A DNA stretch of 64,000 nt from Lytechinus pictus (GCF_037042905.1 NC_087252.1:11410001-11474000); one strand, 5' to 3'. Shown: positions 22,933 to 36,452, counted from the first letter of the stretch. Program-made: numbers and translations. The notes: generated by a model from the sequence alone, not told the origin.

Positions 22933-25384
22933 GATCATTCCAACTTCTTCATGGTGATGAGATTGGCCTCTCACAACCATCATTGTCACGACTCATTGCC
23001 AAGGTTTCTGCTGAGATTGCAAGCTGGCGTCCCAGATATGTTTGCTTCCCGGAACAACTTGAGCAGGTTCAGCAAGAATTTTACACATACTCCAATTTTC
23101 CTGGTGTCATTGGGGCCATCGACTGCACTCACATTCTAGTGACAAATCCTGGTGGAGAGAATGGTCAGATGTTCATAAATCGGAAGGGGAGGTCATCAAT
23201 CAATGTACAGGTACATTGAAGATTATCACCATAATATTTGATAGTACTAATTGTATACTATTGACTGCGTGGTTGTCTATCAGTGTTCATGATCAGGGGA
23301 TAACCAACACAAATATTGTTTTCTATAAGGGAGTAATTACTGTAATTGTATTTTAGTCTCGCCTTCACCTCAGGTGGGCGAGACTTACGGTTCCAAATGT
23401 CCGTCCGTCACAAACCTTATGACACCTAACTCCGCAACCATAAGTCGCTTTTAAACCAAACTTAGATGGTAGATGGACTTGGGGGATCTGCATGTTATGC
23501 TGCAGTTGGAGGTCACATGATAAGGTCAAAGGTCATTTTCAGGTCAACATCAAAGTTTACGTGCAAGGCTCTTATGATAAGTATTATCCCATCCCAGTCT
23601 TTTCACAATGAAGTTTTGATACATTTCTGTTGGATGCCCTCACAAATTACAATATTTCTGGTTATTTTCATAAGTGGGCGAGACACAAAATCGCTTTTGC
23701 CTTGTTTTTTAATTCTTTTTTAATTTTTAGGGGGGTCAATGGCGTAACAAATCTTAAGTTTTTAGGAGGCGAAAACTGATAAAATAGTGTGAGATTATAA
23801 AGCGAGTGACAGCAGGGGATGGCGATAGGGTATTGATTTTTCTCGAAGATTACATGTAGGAACTAAGTTCATGTAACGACTAGATCAATAATGTTGGTAC
23901 CCGGTGTAAGCCAAAGAAACAATCATTAAAGTGGTCATTATGTCGTATCAAATATGCTACTTTCTAAAGTTTCGGGCCAATATGATTCTTTTGCTGGCAA
24001 TATATTTGATGTTCCCCTCAAGGCCAGTCAATACTATACAATTATTGAGAAAGTTAATTGGCATTCCACATTCCATTTATTCTTAAAGCTTTTGTTGATT
24101 TTAAGGATACTTTCATGAAATATTCATCCTATTTCATTTTCTTTACATTTGTCTGAATACAGGCAGTCTGCACCCTGGATGGCTCTTTGACAAATGTTGT
24201 GGCTCGTTGGCCCGGTGGGACACACGATTCACGTATTTTCCGAGAATCAGCTTTGAAACAACGCCTTGAACAGGAAAGCCACGAGGCAAAGTGGCTTTTA
24301 GGTGATAGTGGGTATGTTTCTGTGTTTTGTTTGTCTGATTTTTCTTTTCATGCTCCAACCATATTATTTTAATCCTGAAATAGCCCTCTTAGGAATTACT
24401 GCAGGGAAGGAAATATATTTTTTTAATGTTTAGATGCTTTATTTTTTTCACAGTGGGTGATTGCTGAATTTTAGGGCAATTTCATTTTAAGGGCAACAAG
24501 CAATTATGCAGTAAATGCAAATATCATTATTCTTCCATAATCTTTGAGTGACTGTAGAATTAATGGTTGCCCCAACCATGTATTTTGGGGGAATTTTAGG
24601 GGCAGTTCGGGCTGGTATGTTATACTGCATGGCATGATATTTGGCTTGCATGATGAAATGTATAATGTTGGAATGCAAAATTTCTAATCTTGGTGGTTTG
24701 TAACAAACATATGTGAATTGTTTCAAACTTGAATTTCAGGTTAGTGTGGTATAGAAGTTGTCACCAAAGATGATACGCGTCACAGGGTATTAATCAATAA
24801 GATTGTGCATGGTCCTAATCTCTTTATGAATCATAAAATCCAGACTGAATTGCTCCTCGCTTGGGCTCAGTATTCCTAAAGGAGGATAATATTGTATTAC
24901 AGAATCATGAATTGACTTATCCTTTTCCAATGAGGGGGGGGGGGGTGATATTAAATGACAGTTGCTTATTTTTTGTGTGATTAATTTGTCATTTGTCACT
25001 TTTCTTTCATAAAATTGATTTTCATACAATAGGTACCCATGTCATCCATATTTAATGACACCACTTCTTAATCCAAGAGATGCAGCCGAAGGACGTTACA
25101 ATGCAGCTCATAAAAGGGCCAGGAATGTAATAGAGCGTACTTTTGGACGAATGAAAAGACGATTCCCTTGCTTGAATGGGATGAGACTGAAGCTGGAGAC
25201 CACTTTGATTGTGATCGTAGCTGTTTCTGTCTTGTGGAACATTTCAATCAAGAATGGGGATCCTGAAATGGAAGGAGATATTGACCCAGACGAAGTTCCT
25301 GGTGACCATGTACCTCCCCCGGGTGTCAACAATCTGGAAGGTCGACTGAGACGACAGAATCTCATTAGGCAGCACTTTACTTAA
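22933..25384 (+). CDS. PIF/Harbinger DDE transposase (HARBI1-like); exons 22933-23210, 24163-24311 and 25033-25384; 5' exon(s) not found
   Basis: The spliced frame is open: GSFQ..SQPSLSR..FPGVIGAIDCTHI..NRKG..SINVQ|AVC..RWPGGTHDSRIF..LLGDSG|YP..LMTP..YNAAHKRARNVIERTFGRMKRRFPCL. GT-AG introns have compatible phases. Confidence 0.92.
23351..23708 (+). mobile_element. Second-family HINE/DINE-like element in a transposase intron
   Basis: TTTTAGTCTCGCC...GGCGAGAC short IR, (GTCC)n microsatellite, GGTCAAAGGTCA core and 3' GGGCGAGAC subTIR followed by CTTGTTT. Confidence 0.6.
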
Positions 25385-25837
25385 GTTCATATCCATCTCA
25401 TTTAAGTTCATAGAAATAGATATAAAGAACAGGATGCAAAATTCAAAACATTTTAAAGTTAACCTCATCCAGGCAGGGGGGGGGGACCATATTTTTGGTG
25501 CATGATTTTTTTACTGCTCTGCTTGCTAACTTATTACTGTCAAGTCTTGCACAGTTTTTGAGACCAAAGTTTCAACACCCGGGTATGCTGTTCCGAAATT
25601 ACGCAACATTTTGTAATTGCATGTCAGACCAAAAATAGCTCCAAAATGTGATTTTGTGCACAAATTAAATGCAAATTGTGTTTTCAACCAAAATTCATAT
25701 ATTCTTTTTATTCATTTTTAGTTTTGATGGTATAAATGGATGTATTTTATGTTTATGCTCTCAAAAGAGTCCCTGACAAAGTTCATTGAAATATGTAATG
25801 AAATACATAAGAAATTGATGTGATATCGCAATTATTT

Positions 25838-26260
25838 ATATCACCTGCATAGCAGAGTGAGACTATAGGTGCCGGTTTCCGACGGCGCGGCGGCGGGGTC
25901 AACACCAAATCTTAACCGAAAATTAAGTTTTTGAAATGACAGCATAACTTAGACAGTATATGGACCTAGGTCATGAAACTTGCCCATAAGAGTAATCAAA
26001 TATCACTGTGTGAGTTTCAGGTCACATGATCAAGGTCAAAGGTCATGTAAGGTCAATGAACTTTGGCCATGTTGGGGGGTATTTGTTGAATTACCATCAT
26101 ATCTCTGTAAGTGTGTTGGTCTAGTTCATAAAACGTGCACATAAGAGTAACCAAGTATCGGTAAACATCTTGTGCGAGTTATAATAGTTTTCAAAGTCAG
26201 CACTGCTGCTATATTGAATTGTGTGATGCAGGTGAGACCGCCAGAGGCATTCCATTTGTT
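25838..26260 (+). mobile_element. Shorter copy of the 1023-2010 HINE/Tsp-like element
   Basis: Same CACCTGCATAGCAGAGTGAGACTATAGG start and GATGCAGGTGAGAC..AGAGGCATTCCA end, with fewer cores and a shorter GGC run. Confidence 0.8.
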
Positions 26261-27100
26261 TCATGTTCATTTAGATTATTTGTTAATGACAGCTGTCAGA
26301 TTTATACCAGGGGGGGGGGGTAGTGACAATTAAATAGGCATTAAAAAACTACCATGCATTCAAGTCGTGGATATTTTGTCATTTTTAATCTCAAAAATCC
26401 AATTCAAGAAATTCAGCATAATATTTCTTACATTGCCAATGTACCATTGAATCTTGAAGGGTTATCCAATACCACATTTTTTCCAAATGTATCAGACATA
26501 ATAGAATGTATATTTTTGTATAAATCTGTAACTTTTCAACATGAATTGAAAAGTTAACTTTTCAATATGAATTGAAAAGTTAACTTTTCAAATATGTATA
26601 AATCCCAAAATGTATAGCAGTTACCCACAAGCTACCATGATAGAGGACAACAAAAGTCCCGTTTATCAAACCTTGATTAATCATTGTTGCTTTACTGCCT
26701 GTGAGTTGTGAAGTCATGTGGGAATCCTACATACATGCAATCAGTTAAATTTGTATCAATTGGAAGCATCGCCTTGACCTTATTTGCAAAATGCAGTTGT
26801 GTACATAACCAAGTCAATCATCCTTTCTTTTGAAAAAAGACTTATAAAGCAAGTGCTTCATTTCCATATTTCTCCTTGCAATGTGAGTGTTAATGATTAA
26901 TTTCTAAAAGTGGATACTGCTGAAGTAATATGAAAGGAATGAAAGCATTAAGTTGATCATGGGCTTACAATAAATGTTTATATGCCACTTTTCCAAAAGG
27001 TTACATTTCTTGGCATAAAATAGCAACTAAATTTCCATTCAATAAAGTATTTTGACTTTTTTAGTAATTCATATCTGGAATGGAAAAAACAATGCCATGG

Positions 27101-30100
27101 CTAAACATGGTATCCGTCCCTGTTCAATAATTCAAGCTTTTTCAACTGAACTTGCTTCTCCAGGTCTATAACTTCTACTCTCAGTTCATGCTCAATCTTC
27201 ATTTGTGCCAGTTTCTCGTTTAGCTGTATTACTGCATGTTCCTTCAAGAGCTCTTGTAATGTTGAAGAAGACTTAGATGGCCGTGGGCATGGAGATGGTG
27301 TCCTTTGTCTCTTTGATCTTGACCTGAAAAAAGTAAATGGGGTTTCTGCAATTTATTTGTTATGCAGACATGTTATCTATAAACTAAAAATAGTTTGTGA
27401 TTGTACTAAAAGATTATTCTTAATATTCCTTTGCAATAGATGGTTAATGAAATGTTTTAAAGTGTGAACAGAATTTTGATGCCAATTTAAAAAAACTTCC
27501 TGCAGTACACTAAAACTTCACCATTGAACTTTAGACATTTCTTTTCTCAGGTCAATTCTGGCATTAAGTGAAAACCGCTCTTGCTTTGGACAGGTTGCAA
27601 TAGCATTGCAATAGTTGTATTGTCTGATAATTATCCAATTACCTAACTGATATTAAAAAAGATAAGAAATTACATATATATTTATATTATATATATCCTC
27701 ATGTATATTTATGATATATATTTTTAAGCTTCAAAATATAAACTTATAAATAAAAAAGACTAGTGAATTTAGCTATTATTTACCATGGTGTAGGAAAGGA
27801 AGGATGGTCTTTTGATGGATTACTTGAGGATGGTTGATTTGAAGTGGTGTTTATGGTCTTTGAACTTTGCTCAGTAGTGATCTCGGTACTATCTGTAGCA
27901 TCAGTATTATCGTCTTCAAGAAATATGAAGTTGTCCAGTTCTAATTCTTCCTCAATACTGAAAGAGAGATAGAAAAAAAAGAAGAGGTGTGAGTATAAAG
28001 AATCTTGTGAGACATGTTTTTGTTCAGGAATCAAACGGTGAGAATTGAGTAATGCACCTGCTCTTATAATGTGATTTTTGGAAAGTGAAATACATAAAGA
28101 TGAAAGGGTTATGAAAGTTTAACAAAGCACAAGGTTAGTAAAATATTCATTAAATACTGTGCACGATTCATGTATCTAAGTTTATCATTGTATTGCAATG
28201 CAATCAGCCGGAACGGTTTTGAAAGTTGTGGATTGTATGTTTTTGTACATTTTTATGTATAAGGGGGTTAAGTCCCCACCCAAACTAAAAAAGTAATTTG
28301 GAGGCTGCTGGTTATTTATCACCATCTTGGTTTTTAATATTTTATTCAAAGCATCACAAAGGTGAATCGGCTGGGGGGGGGGGTATTATATGAATTGCAT
28401 GCTTTTGTGGGCCATTACCACCCCCCCCCCCCCGTAGTACGGGTGGAAGGGGTGGCACTGAGATGGAAGGGAGAAAGAAGGTAGAAAAAAATTTTAAGAA
28501 AATAAAGAGGGAGAGAGGGAAAATGTGAGAAAAAAATGAAAAGAAAATGAGAAGAGAGAGAAAAGAACTTGATAAAAATATGAAAGAGAATTTGTTATAA
28601 CCAAATACAAGTAAGGCCAAATAATGTTCAACAGAGGAAGAATATAAGATGAGGGGCAATAACTTGATCAGAGGCGTAAAGGGTTTGTGGCCGGAAGGGG
28701 GGGGGGGGCAAAAATGTCCCAGTCATATTGTCTGAACAGGCAGTGGCGTACCGAAGCCAAAATTTTAAGAGGCCCAAATATTGCATAACAGGCAAATATA
28801 TTTTTTTAAAGTTGTAAACGAGCAAAGCGAACAAGCGAAATTTTGACAATTTCATTTCCCTTTCTTTCTACCATTTCTCTTTTTTTTTTTTCTGGTCAAA
28901 TTGAATCATTTTCCGAACATAATATCAACAAATATTTTTTCAACACCTATGTTGTATAAATGCTGAAAAAATTGTTGACGACACTGATATATATAATACA
29001 CACACAAATGCAGAACTCATTTGTGTCCACCACCCTTGAGGTAAGATTTCTGCACATTTATTTATTATTCTTTTGGGGCATGAAGATTGAAGGGCTCAAA
29101 CCTATGTGGGGGGGGGGAGCAACACTATCTAATTATCGCCTTTATGGGACTTACTAGGAACCGCCCCACTAGCTTCATTCGACTGTTTTGTGTGTTATGT
29201 AGTAACCCGTACCCCCCCCCCCCCCCCGCATCTAAGGCCATGCCTAACGGTAATGTACGTACGTACGTACGCATTATATAGATCGCGCGCATGCAGCCGC
29301 AGCGCGCGCAGATAAACATTTTTTTTTATTTCATGCGCTGCATATACCGTATATATATCATTTTGAATCTTTTTCATGCGTTAGCGCTAGCCTGGCCTAG
29401 TACTGCTTGATCGAGCTCGACTCTAGTATTGTCTATTACTCCTACTTTGAATGCCGTGACCGGACTATTCACCGTTGCTGTGAGTATTTGCTTCTTACTA
29501 ACTTATAATCTCACTTTCTGAAATATAGTCTTAAAAAAAAACTTCAAATCTGGTGGAGGTCTATCGTCAATGATTTCCCATTGGATCTGGAATTCGTACA
29601 AGCGCTGTTGCACTGCGCTGCACGCTATAGCTGCTGCATATACGTATACGTATAATCACTTACGTTGACGTTGTATGTCACGCGCACCGTATACGGTATA
29701 CTAGTAGCTGACGAGTTATTTCGAGCGCTCGTGACCTATGACCTATGTATAATGCGCGCAATTTCGCGAAATGATCGATCGCGGATCATTCAAAAATTTA
29801 ATGACTCATCGATATCAGCTGGTGACGACGACGTCTGATATCTAGGCTTAAAATCAAGACAATACGGTAGGCCCTAACGTTAGACTGATTACTGTCTGAC
29901 TTTGTCCATTCAGTTTCCTTGTTTTCTATCTACGGTAGATCTAGAAGAAGTAGAAATGCTATGGTTTCTTCCTCCAAATCTGACCTCGCTCTAACTTTAG
30001 TCTAATCAACGTTAGTATAGGCCTAACTTTACTGCGGCAGCCCGAACACGACTGTCTTTTAAAGACGTGTCGAGGTCCCCGGGGCAAAGGCCTAACTTAA

Positions 30101-30884
30101 CTTTTAACACGTTAGGTCCTACGTTAATTATAAATAATTTGGAGTTCAAACCCTAACTTTTAAATTAGTCTGCTCGAAGTTCGAATAGTAAGTTACCCTC
30201 CCTCCAGTCAGACTTCGATCGGATGGTAAGTAAAGACTTCGTTGGATCTTATAGTTATACGATTGAATGTTTTTTTTTTTTTTGGAGATATAAGTTAGAT
30301 CTAGGTATTATATTATTTTGTGGTTTTATTCAAGTATTTTATTTTATTTTTTGCTCTTTCAATTTGCGTTAGGGGCCTACGATAAAGTTAGATTTAAGAA
30401 CGACATCGGTCGTCGCTTATGAAATTTAATTTACTTACCGGCCTCCCGTTCCGAGGAATGTCAGTGTCGACACAGCTTCGTTGTTTATTTTCGTTAGGTC
30501 TGCGTCGTCGTCATATACATTCTTGATTTGCAAGAACTCCAGGGGAAGCATTCGATGAATAATTTCCGTCAGAGGAGACACATGCCCTGGGACCTGGCCT
30601 CCCCCTGTTTTCCTGACCTCCTTTTTGTGGTCACTCCACTCTCGTTTCGCGGTCAGTTTCATCCGCTTCCATTGGTCTTTAAGTGATTTCAAGTCTCTGA
30701 CCTTCCCAAATCTAGCGTGAAACTGCCCTAAGATGATCACCCATGAACGATTTTTTGCTGCCAGAGAATCATAGTCATTTTTCCTACTTTCGATGTGGTC
30801 CAACTGGTCCTGGATCAGCTGGATTAAGAGATTCTTCTCTTCACAGGACCAGTTGGCCGTTCTACTTCTTGCGGGAGTGGCCAT
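27101..30884 (-). CDS. Harbinger Myb/SANT-like DNA-binding protein (NAIF1/MSANTD-like), 280 aa; exons 30884-30439, 27957-27784 and 27323-27101
   Basis: Exon 1 reads RTANWSCEEKNLL..W..LKDQWKRMK..RKTGGG. The phase-2 GT-AG introns join cleanly (CG|T, TG|G). An acidic/Ser-rich middle leads to a C-terminal coiled coil ending in TAG at 27101-27103. Total 843 nt. Confidence 0.88.
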
Positions 30885-30984
30885 TTTACAGTGATGTTTA
30901 GGTAGATAGAGTGCACACTGAGCATGTGCAGTAAAAGCAGACTACGTCTCCATGGTAAAACTAAGGGGTGGGGCCGGGGGCGGG

Positions 30985-31156
30985 GCATTTAACCCAGGGT
31001 TAAAATTTAAAACCCAGGTTTAGTTAAACCTGGCTATCAGAATACCAAAAAATTTAAACTACACTTAGACCAGAGGTGAGGTTTAGAGGAGGTTTAGTTA
31101 AACCAGGGTTAACTTTAGACTAGGGTTAAGTTAAACCTGCTATCAGAATACGGGCC
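30985..31156. repeat. Harbinger right TIR and subterminal palindromic motifs
   Basis: Several AACC(C)AGG(G)TT-type palindromes and two copies of CTATCAGAATAC, ending in GGGCC. Confidence 0.75.
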
Positions 31157-31596
31157 AAGAGGTGCAAACATTACAAAATATGGGTTCATGTGCTTGCTTT
31201 CAAACTATCAGCACTCTTATTAGAGCAAATTTGCTTCTTAAAACACCCCGGAACGCGCCAAAAGCTTTGTTTCTAATAGGAAAAATTCCGAACAACTTTT
31301 CCATTTATTCAAACTCGGGGTCATATTCATCATACTTTGCAGCACTACAGAGAAACTATTTTGAAATTGAAGAGGAATGAAAAAATGGTCCATGGAATAA
31401 TTCCACTTTATTAGCTTCATAAAATAACACATCGGATCTGCAGTCTGTGCAGATAAGGAGAAAAATGAGATCACATTACCTACATTAAGCACTGGTCAGT
31501 TCATCCATTGTGACGCCAGCGCGCAGAGTGTAAAATATGCGCAGATCATGATGCGCAGATCATGATGCGCCAAACATAACTGTGGAACGTCCTTAA

Positions 31597-33215
31597 CAAC
31601 GAACGTAGAGGGCAGCAACACGAACGTAGAGGGCAGCAACACTTTGCAGTATTGCTTTTAGGAAGGTCCACTCCGCTCAGATTTTGTGACCATTTTCTCC
31701 CAGAGCACTTTTTTGGAAGATTGTAGAGTTGATTTTTTTTCGTTTGTTCAATTTTACTATTTATTATTGAAAATAAGACCTCCAAGAAAATATGTTAAAT
31801 AATATTATTTTAGCATATTTGTATTTTTAAAAAATTTTAAAACAAAAGGTAATCATGATTTTTGTAGTTTACATGGCAATAAAAATACATAGACTGATGA
31901 CATTTCTGTTACCGTTCTTCTGCTTAATTTCGCTGCCCCTACCAACTCTACACAAGCTAACGCCAGAGGCAAGACCGTGATGTTCTGGTCTGGCCGCGCC
32001 GAAACTTCTCCGGTCACCTGTACCTCGGTGCGCGTACTGCGCTGCGTGAATGATAATGCTGACTGCACTGCACTGGCATGATAATCTCGACGCGACTCGA
32101 CTTAGCTAGATATGGACTTGAAAGATATAGACTTGGTCTGTCATTGATATGAGCAACGATAAATATTCAAGGTTAGAATTTTAATTTTCACTTAGAGTGT
32201 AGATTGTAGTCTGAAAATCTAAAATAATTATGATATATCCACAAATCCAACCCACATTTTGCAATCCATCAGGCAAGATCGAATACGACCACTAAACAGC
32301 AAAGTCAAGTCCCAGACCCAGTCTAACGTTAGACATAATATTAGACAGCAATTATCTGGTTCATTATCGAGCTATGTATATTCCGACGGGTCTTGACTTG
32401 AGACGAACTATCAAGGGGCGAAGGTCTATGTCACATCTACTTTTTTCATTTCATAATTTTACAAAAATTTGTGTTAGCATATGCATGCAGCCCACCGTAC
32501 CCTACCTCAGCACCGATCGGCCCGGGGCGCCGGCGCGGTCATGTCAGCCATGGCGCTTGTATAAGAGGCGGTGCTGGATTGTGTAGGCGCATTATGGTGC
32601 AGCGAAATTTAGATGAAGACGTATCAACCTCACGTATACTTGTTATCATATTGATATGCAAAGTCATAAAACTGTTGTCACCACCATGTAATATTTTATG
32701 AAAAATACAGGAATAAGTATTTCATATTTTTAAGCATGATATTTAATGTAAAAACATTTCAAGCAAAAATAATGATAAAGAGGAAATGAAAATAAATCAA
32801 CTCTACAATTTACTAAAAAAGTGCTCTGAGAGGTTTTCGGTGGTCACAAAATGACTTGGCTAAATCCGGGTGAAATTAGCAGACTGGTTTATTTATGACA
32901 GAATTTAATCCTGTTTTACTGAAGATGTACAAACAAATTGTGACAATAATTTAGTGATATATTATTTTAAGAATTTGGTACATTATTATTTAATTTTTTA
33001 TATATTTTTTTGTTTTCATTGTTTTAATCTACTATTGTCATAATCTATTAGTTTACCTATATTTTGCTGTCACTCCGTGAGTGTATTGTATCGGATCATG
33101 GTTTCGTTGGCATGACTACCAAATTGCTCGCGCACTTCATTTGTATGCGCGTATCGAGTGGACCTTCCTAATAGCAACACGCTTGTGTGTTGCTGCCCTC
33201 TACGTTCGTTGGTCC
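31597..33215. mobile_element. TTAA-target non-autonomous TIR element
   Basis: Left CAACGAACGTAGAGGGCAGCAACAC..TAGGAAGGTCCACTC mirrors right GAGTGGACCTTCCTA..GTGTTGCTGCCCTCTACGTTCGTTGGTCC. TTAA is present on both sides. Confidence 0.65.
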
Positions 33216-33655
33216 TTAATTTCACATAACAGTTATATGCACATCCTGGTCGGTGTGCAAATGGGGAGACTGGTGACTTCATCCAGTCACTATTTCTTTT
33301 GTATTTTATTATATGAAAATATGAATTATTATGATTTTCTCTTCATTGTCAAGTGAAACTAAAATTAATTTCTCCTTGAACATGTGGAAATATATGGTTC
33401 AGTCAAGTTGGTCCTTATTGTCAAATCTGCAAAAATTAATTATTGTATAATTCAAACAATAAAAACAAAGAAATAGTGAGTGATGGACATCATCGACTGT
33501 CTCATTTGCTTGTCACTGAGATGTGCATATAAACTTTAAAATGTCTTAACTTTCTTATTTTACATCCAATTTTGATGAAATTTTTTAAAGTGTTGCTAGT
33601 TTGATTTTCCTCTATTTATTAATCATCATTTTTCTTGGGTGGACTTGACCTTTAA
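33216..33655. mobile_element. Right part of a Kolobok-like TTAA MITE (AGGTCAAGTCCACCC family)
   Basis: Ends GGGTGGACTTGACCT|TTAA. Same family as 36515-36727 and the split copy at 45457/53566. Confidence 0.65.
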
Positions 33656-34461
33656 ATAGGTGACTGTGAGGAGCCGGGCTCTCACCACAAATGCTATATT
33701 CGAATGACAGAAGAGGATAAAACATTAGAAAGGGATAGAAGATGATGCTGATGACGATGGAGGTAGTTTTTTTAAGTTGATGATTATCGTAGTGATGATG
33801 TTCGTATACAAGCACCATACCCATCGCCCCCCCCCCCCCCTTTGCAATTTTCTTGTTTATTATTAATAAATGGATCCATTCCTTTCGGGGGGAATCCGAA
33901 CGACAGAGAAAGAAAATAATTCCAGAATGAAATCGAATAAAATGTTCATGTTTTTATAAATGACTTTTTTTCTTCAAATTTTACCCTTGCCCGAAACCAA
34001 ACGCATGGGGTGTGCCCCATTTATTTCATTACCCTTGATCAGTTATGCTTTATTATTATTCTTATTCTGGTTTATGATGTAAAACAAGTGGAGAGGATAC
34101 AAAATAAATGAGAATGTTTGTTTTCCAACAATCCGTCGCTTGGTAGAATCCAAGCATGTTTTCATGTTTCAACTTTTTATCGACCATGCGTCATTCATAT
34201 TTTATCTTAAAGGTCCATATATGGAAACAGAAATTATGGATATTCATCGTGCAAATGAAATTTTGGTAGCACCATTGTCCATCTTTCTTACTCAGTCATG
34301 CGTTCATTTATGAATGTTGAGATGGACTTTAAATAAAAGACGAGAAGAATACTTTACAGGAAGCAAATTTATGATCATGGCAGCAAAAACTTTCACTGAA
34401 TTGCATTGTCCTCTTTTATTCTGGGACGCAATGTATAACGTTATACTGGCTCTTTACTATA

Positions 34462-35446
34462 CAGTGCGTATCAAAAAAAGTTTACAATTAGAAAAAATCC
34501 TGTAAAATTATACATTTGTAATATCCTGAAGATTTTTCCACATTTTAACATTGGTACAGATCCATTTAAGCAAATGACGATATAACTGTCGAAAAATATT
34601 TCCGCTTGAGTGAGCACCACTTACTTTAGAAAAGTTAGTGAAAAATGATTTGCGCAGAACTTTGAAATAGTTATGCAAATAAAAGTAGACCTTAATCATG
34701 AAGAACACGTAAAATTTAGCTAGTAAAATTGATTTGAAGATATCTTTCACCTTTTTAAACTTGTTTTCTCGCTCAAAACACTTCGAAGAGTGCATTGTGT
34801 CCCACCCCGCTCCCCACACACCGAGGCCATTGTGACGATATTTGCTTTACACAGAGCTGTGATTTACATGAAATGGCTTAGGCTTGATTTTCATTTTGTT
34901 AATCATTGTCAAGCTTGAGAAAAGTGTGGAGAAACAAGTATTAAATGAAAAATGAAATGTAAACCCACTTTAAATGATAAGAACTTAGTGAAAAATGCTG
35001 GAGATGTCTGATATAAACTTTTGTTCAGATTCAGTTATGTCCTCAGATCCAGCTGGCACAAAAAAGGGTAAAGGTTGTGCTTACTAGGTGTTGAAATTTC
35101 AATTTGGGTGGAAAAATTGTTACAAAATGCTTGAATGTATCCGTTTTATTTCAATTGACTAAAAGTGCAAGGGAAATGTATGAGAAATGTTTCGCAGGGT
35201 AAGTTTGATTTCGCCCTTTTCCCTTGACACAGCGTGAAAACAAGCATTTCTGCGCAAACAGATTTCTGCGAGTTTTACAAAAATGGAAAATGCTCACTCA
35301 AGTGTAGCATTCTGTCAAAACTTTTATTTTTATTTGATAGATGAGACCCAAACCCAAGATTATATATGAAAAAATTACACACATGTTCTTTATTTTTTAA
35401 TTCCCAGGGCTTTTTCAAAGTGTAAACTTTTTTTTTATACGCACTG
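34462..35446. mobile_element. Tc1/mariner-type MITE
   Basis: TA|CAGTGCGTATCAAAAAAAGTTTACA ... TGTAAACTTTTTTTTTATACGCACTG|TA. Confidence 0.8.
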
Positions 35447-35492
35447 TATATCAAGACCAATATGATATTGGTCATATTTCGATGACAAAGTA

Positions 35493-35816
35493 GCCCAAGT
35501 CAGGTTTAACTTAGACCACGGTCTAACTCTGTGCTAAAATTACGGGGAGCAAAAATAAAAAAAATTATGTTTATATTGTATATTTCTGATGTTTACTATT
35601 TTGTTTCCTTTACTTTTCATTATGAAGGAAAATACTGCAAAATACTTCTGTTATCATTCTCAAACAATTATGAACAATTTGAGTGTCGAATGAGTTATAA
35701 ATTGGATGTCTACTGTTGGGGATTTATGCCTCAACTGGCCATCGATAGTTAAACCACAACTTTTAAACCCTAGGTTTAATTCATTTAATTCAAACCTGAA
35801 TTCAGAATACGGGCCG
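35493..35816. mobile_element. Harbinger-derived MITE
   Basis: Right end AAACCTGAATTCAGAATACGGGCC resembles the TIR at 31156. The left end GCCC-AAGTCAGGTTTAAC is partly deleted. Confidence 0.65.
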
Positions 35817-35987
35817 GTGTCTCAATGATTTCGTAAAATCACTTTCAAGTTTTACTTCATTCAACAAAATCGTGTCAATAATTGTTTATAAATTTTAATT
35901 GATATAGCTCACCATAAACCAAGGAAAGTTCAAAGAATTCATAGAGTGTGTCTTACCACACACTGTCACCCTCATACAACAAGTACA

Positions 35988-36296
35988 CCGTTCTCACTGG
36001 CATCCTTAAACTAGTTTACTGGAAACTTGCGTAGTGGGAACTAGTTCAATATGTAATATAAGAACGGTCGAAGCGGTCTTCGGAGCGATCTCTTAACCGG
36101 TTCAGAAAACCACCTTGCGATATAGTTTTGAAGATCGCTTTATATCTAAATAAATAGATAAAAATCCACACAGCAAGATGCTGAAAATTTGATCAAAATC
36201 GGAAAGCAAATGGGAACGCGAGCAAAGCGTATCTTACAAACTGGTTTCCTGAACCGGTTTCCAGTAAACCAGTTTTAGAAAGTATAATGAGAACGG
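35988..36296. mobile_element. MITE with CCGTTCTCA...TGAGAACGG inverted ends
   Basis: Inverted arms AAACTAGTTTACTGGAAAC and GTTTCCAGTAAACCAGTTT. Confidence 0.55.
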
Positions 36297-36318
36297 CCTA
36301 GTGTAGACCGTTCTCATT

Positions 36319-36452
36319 TAGACCAAAAGCTTCGGTCTCCGTGATGTTGGTTGTTCCGCTGAACTCCGTTGGCTCCACTCACCAATTACGAGGAGAAAAA
36401 AAATAGATATGTAAAAAAAAACTCGTCAAAACAGACGGCTGCCAGCTGTCTA
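36319..36452. mobile_element. Internally deleted, oppositely oriented copy of the 22307-22753 element
   Basis: TAGACCAAAAGCTTCGGTCTC...CAGACGGCTGCCAGCTGTCTA, flanked by the 9-bp TSD GTTCTCATT (36310-36318 and 36453-36461). Confidence 0.75.

Larger units (their letters stand above)
22933..31156. mobile_element. PIF/Harbinger transposon; right end present, left end not seen
   Basis: Convergent transposase and Myb/SANT genes, with terminal ...CCTGCTATCAGAATACGGGCC at 31136-31156. Confidence 0.85.

Noticed and set aside
29240..29900. CpG-rich palindromic stretch (CGTACG/GCGCGC) in the Myb intron as an ncRNA
   Set aside because: Short self-complementary motifs only. No defined ends or family could be supported; probably a decayed repeat.
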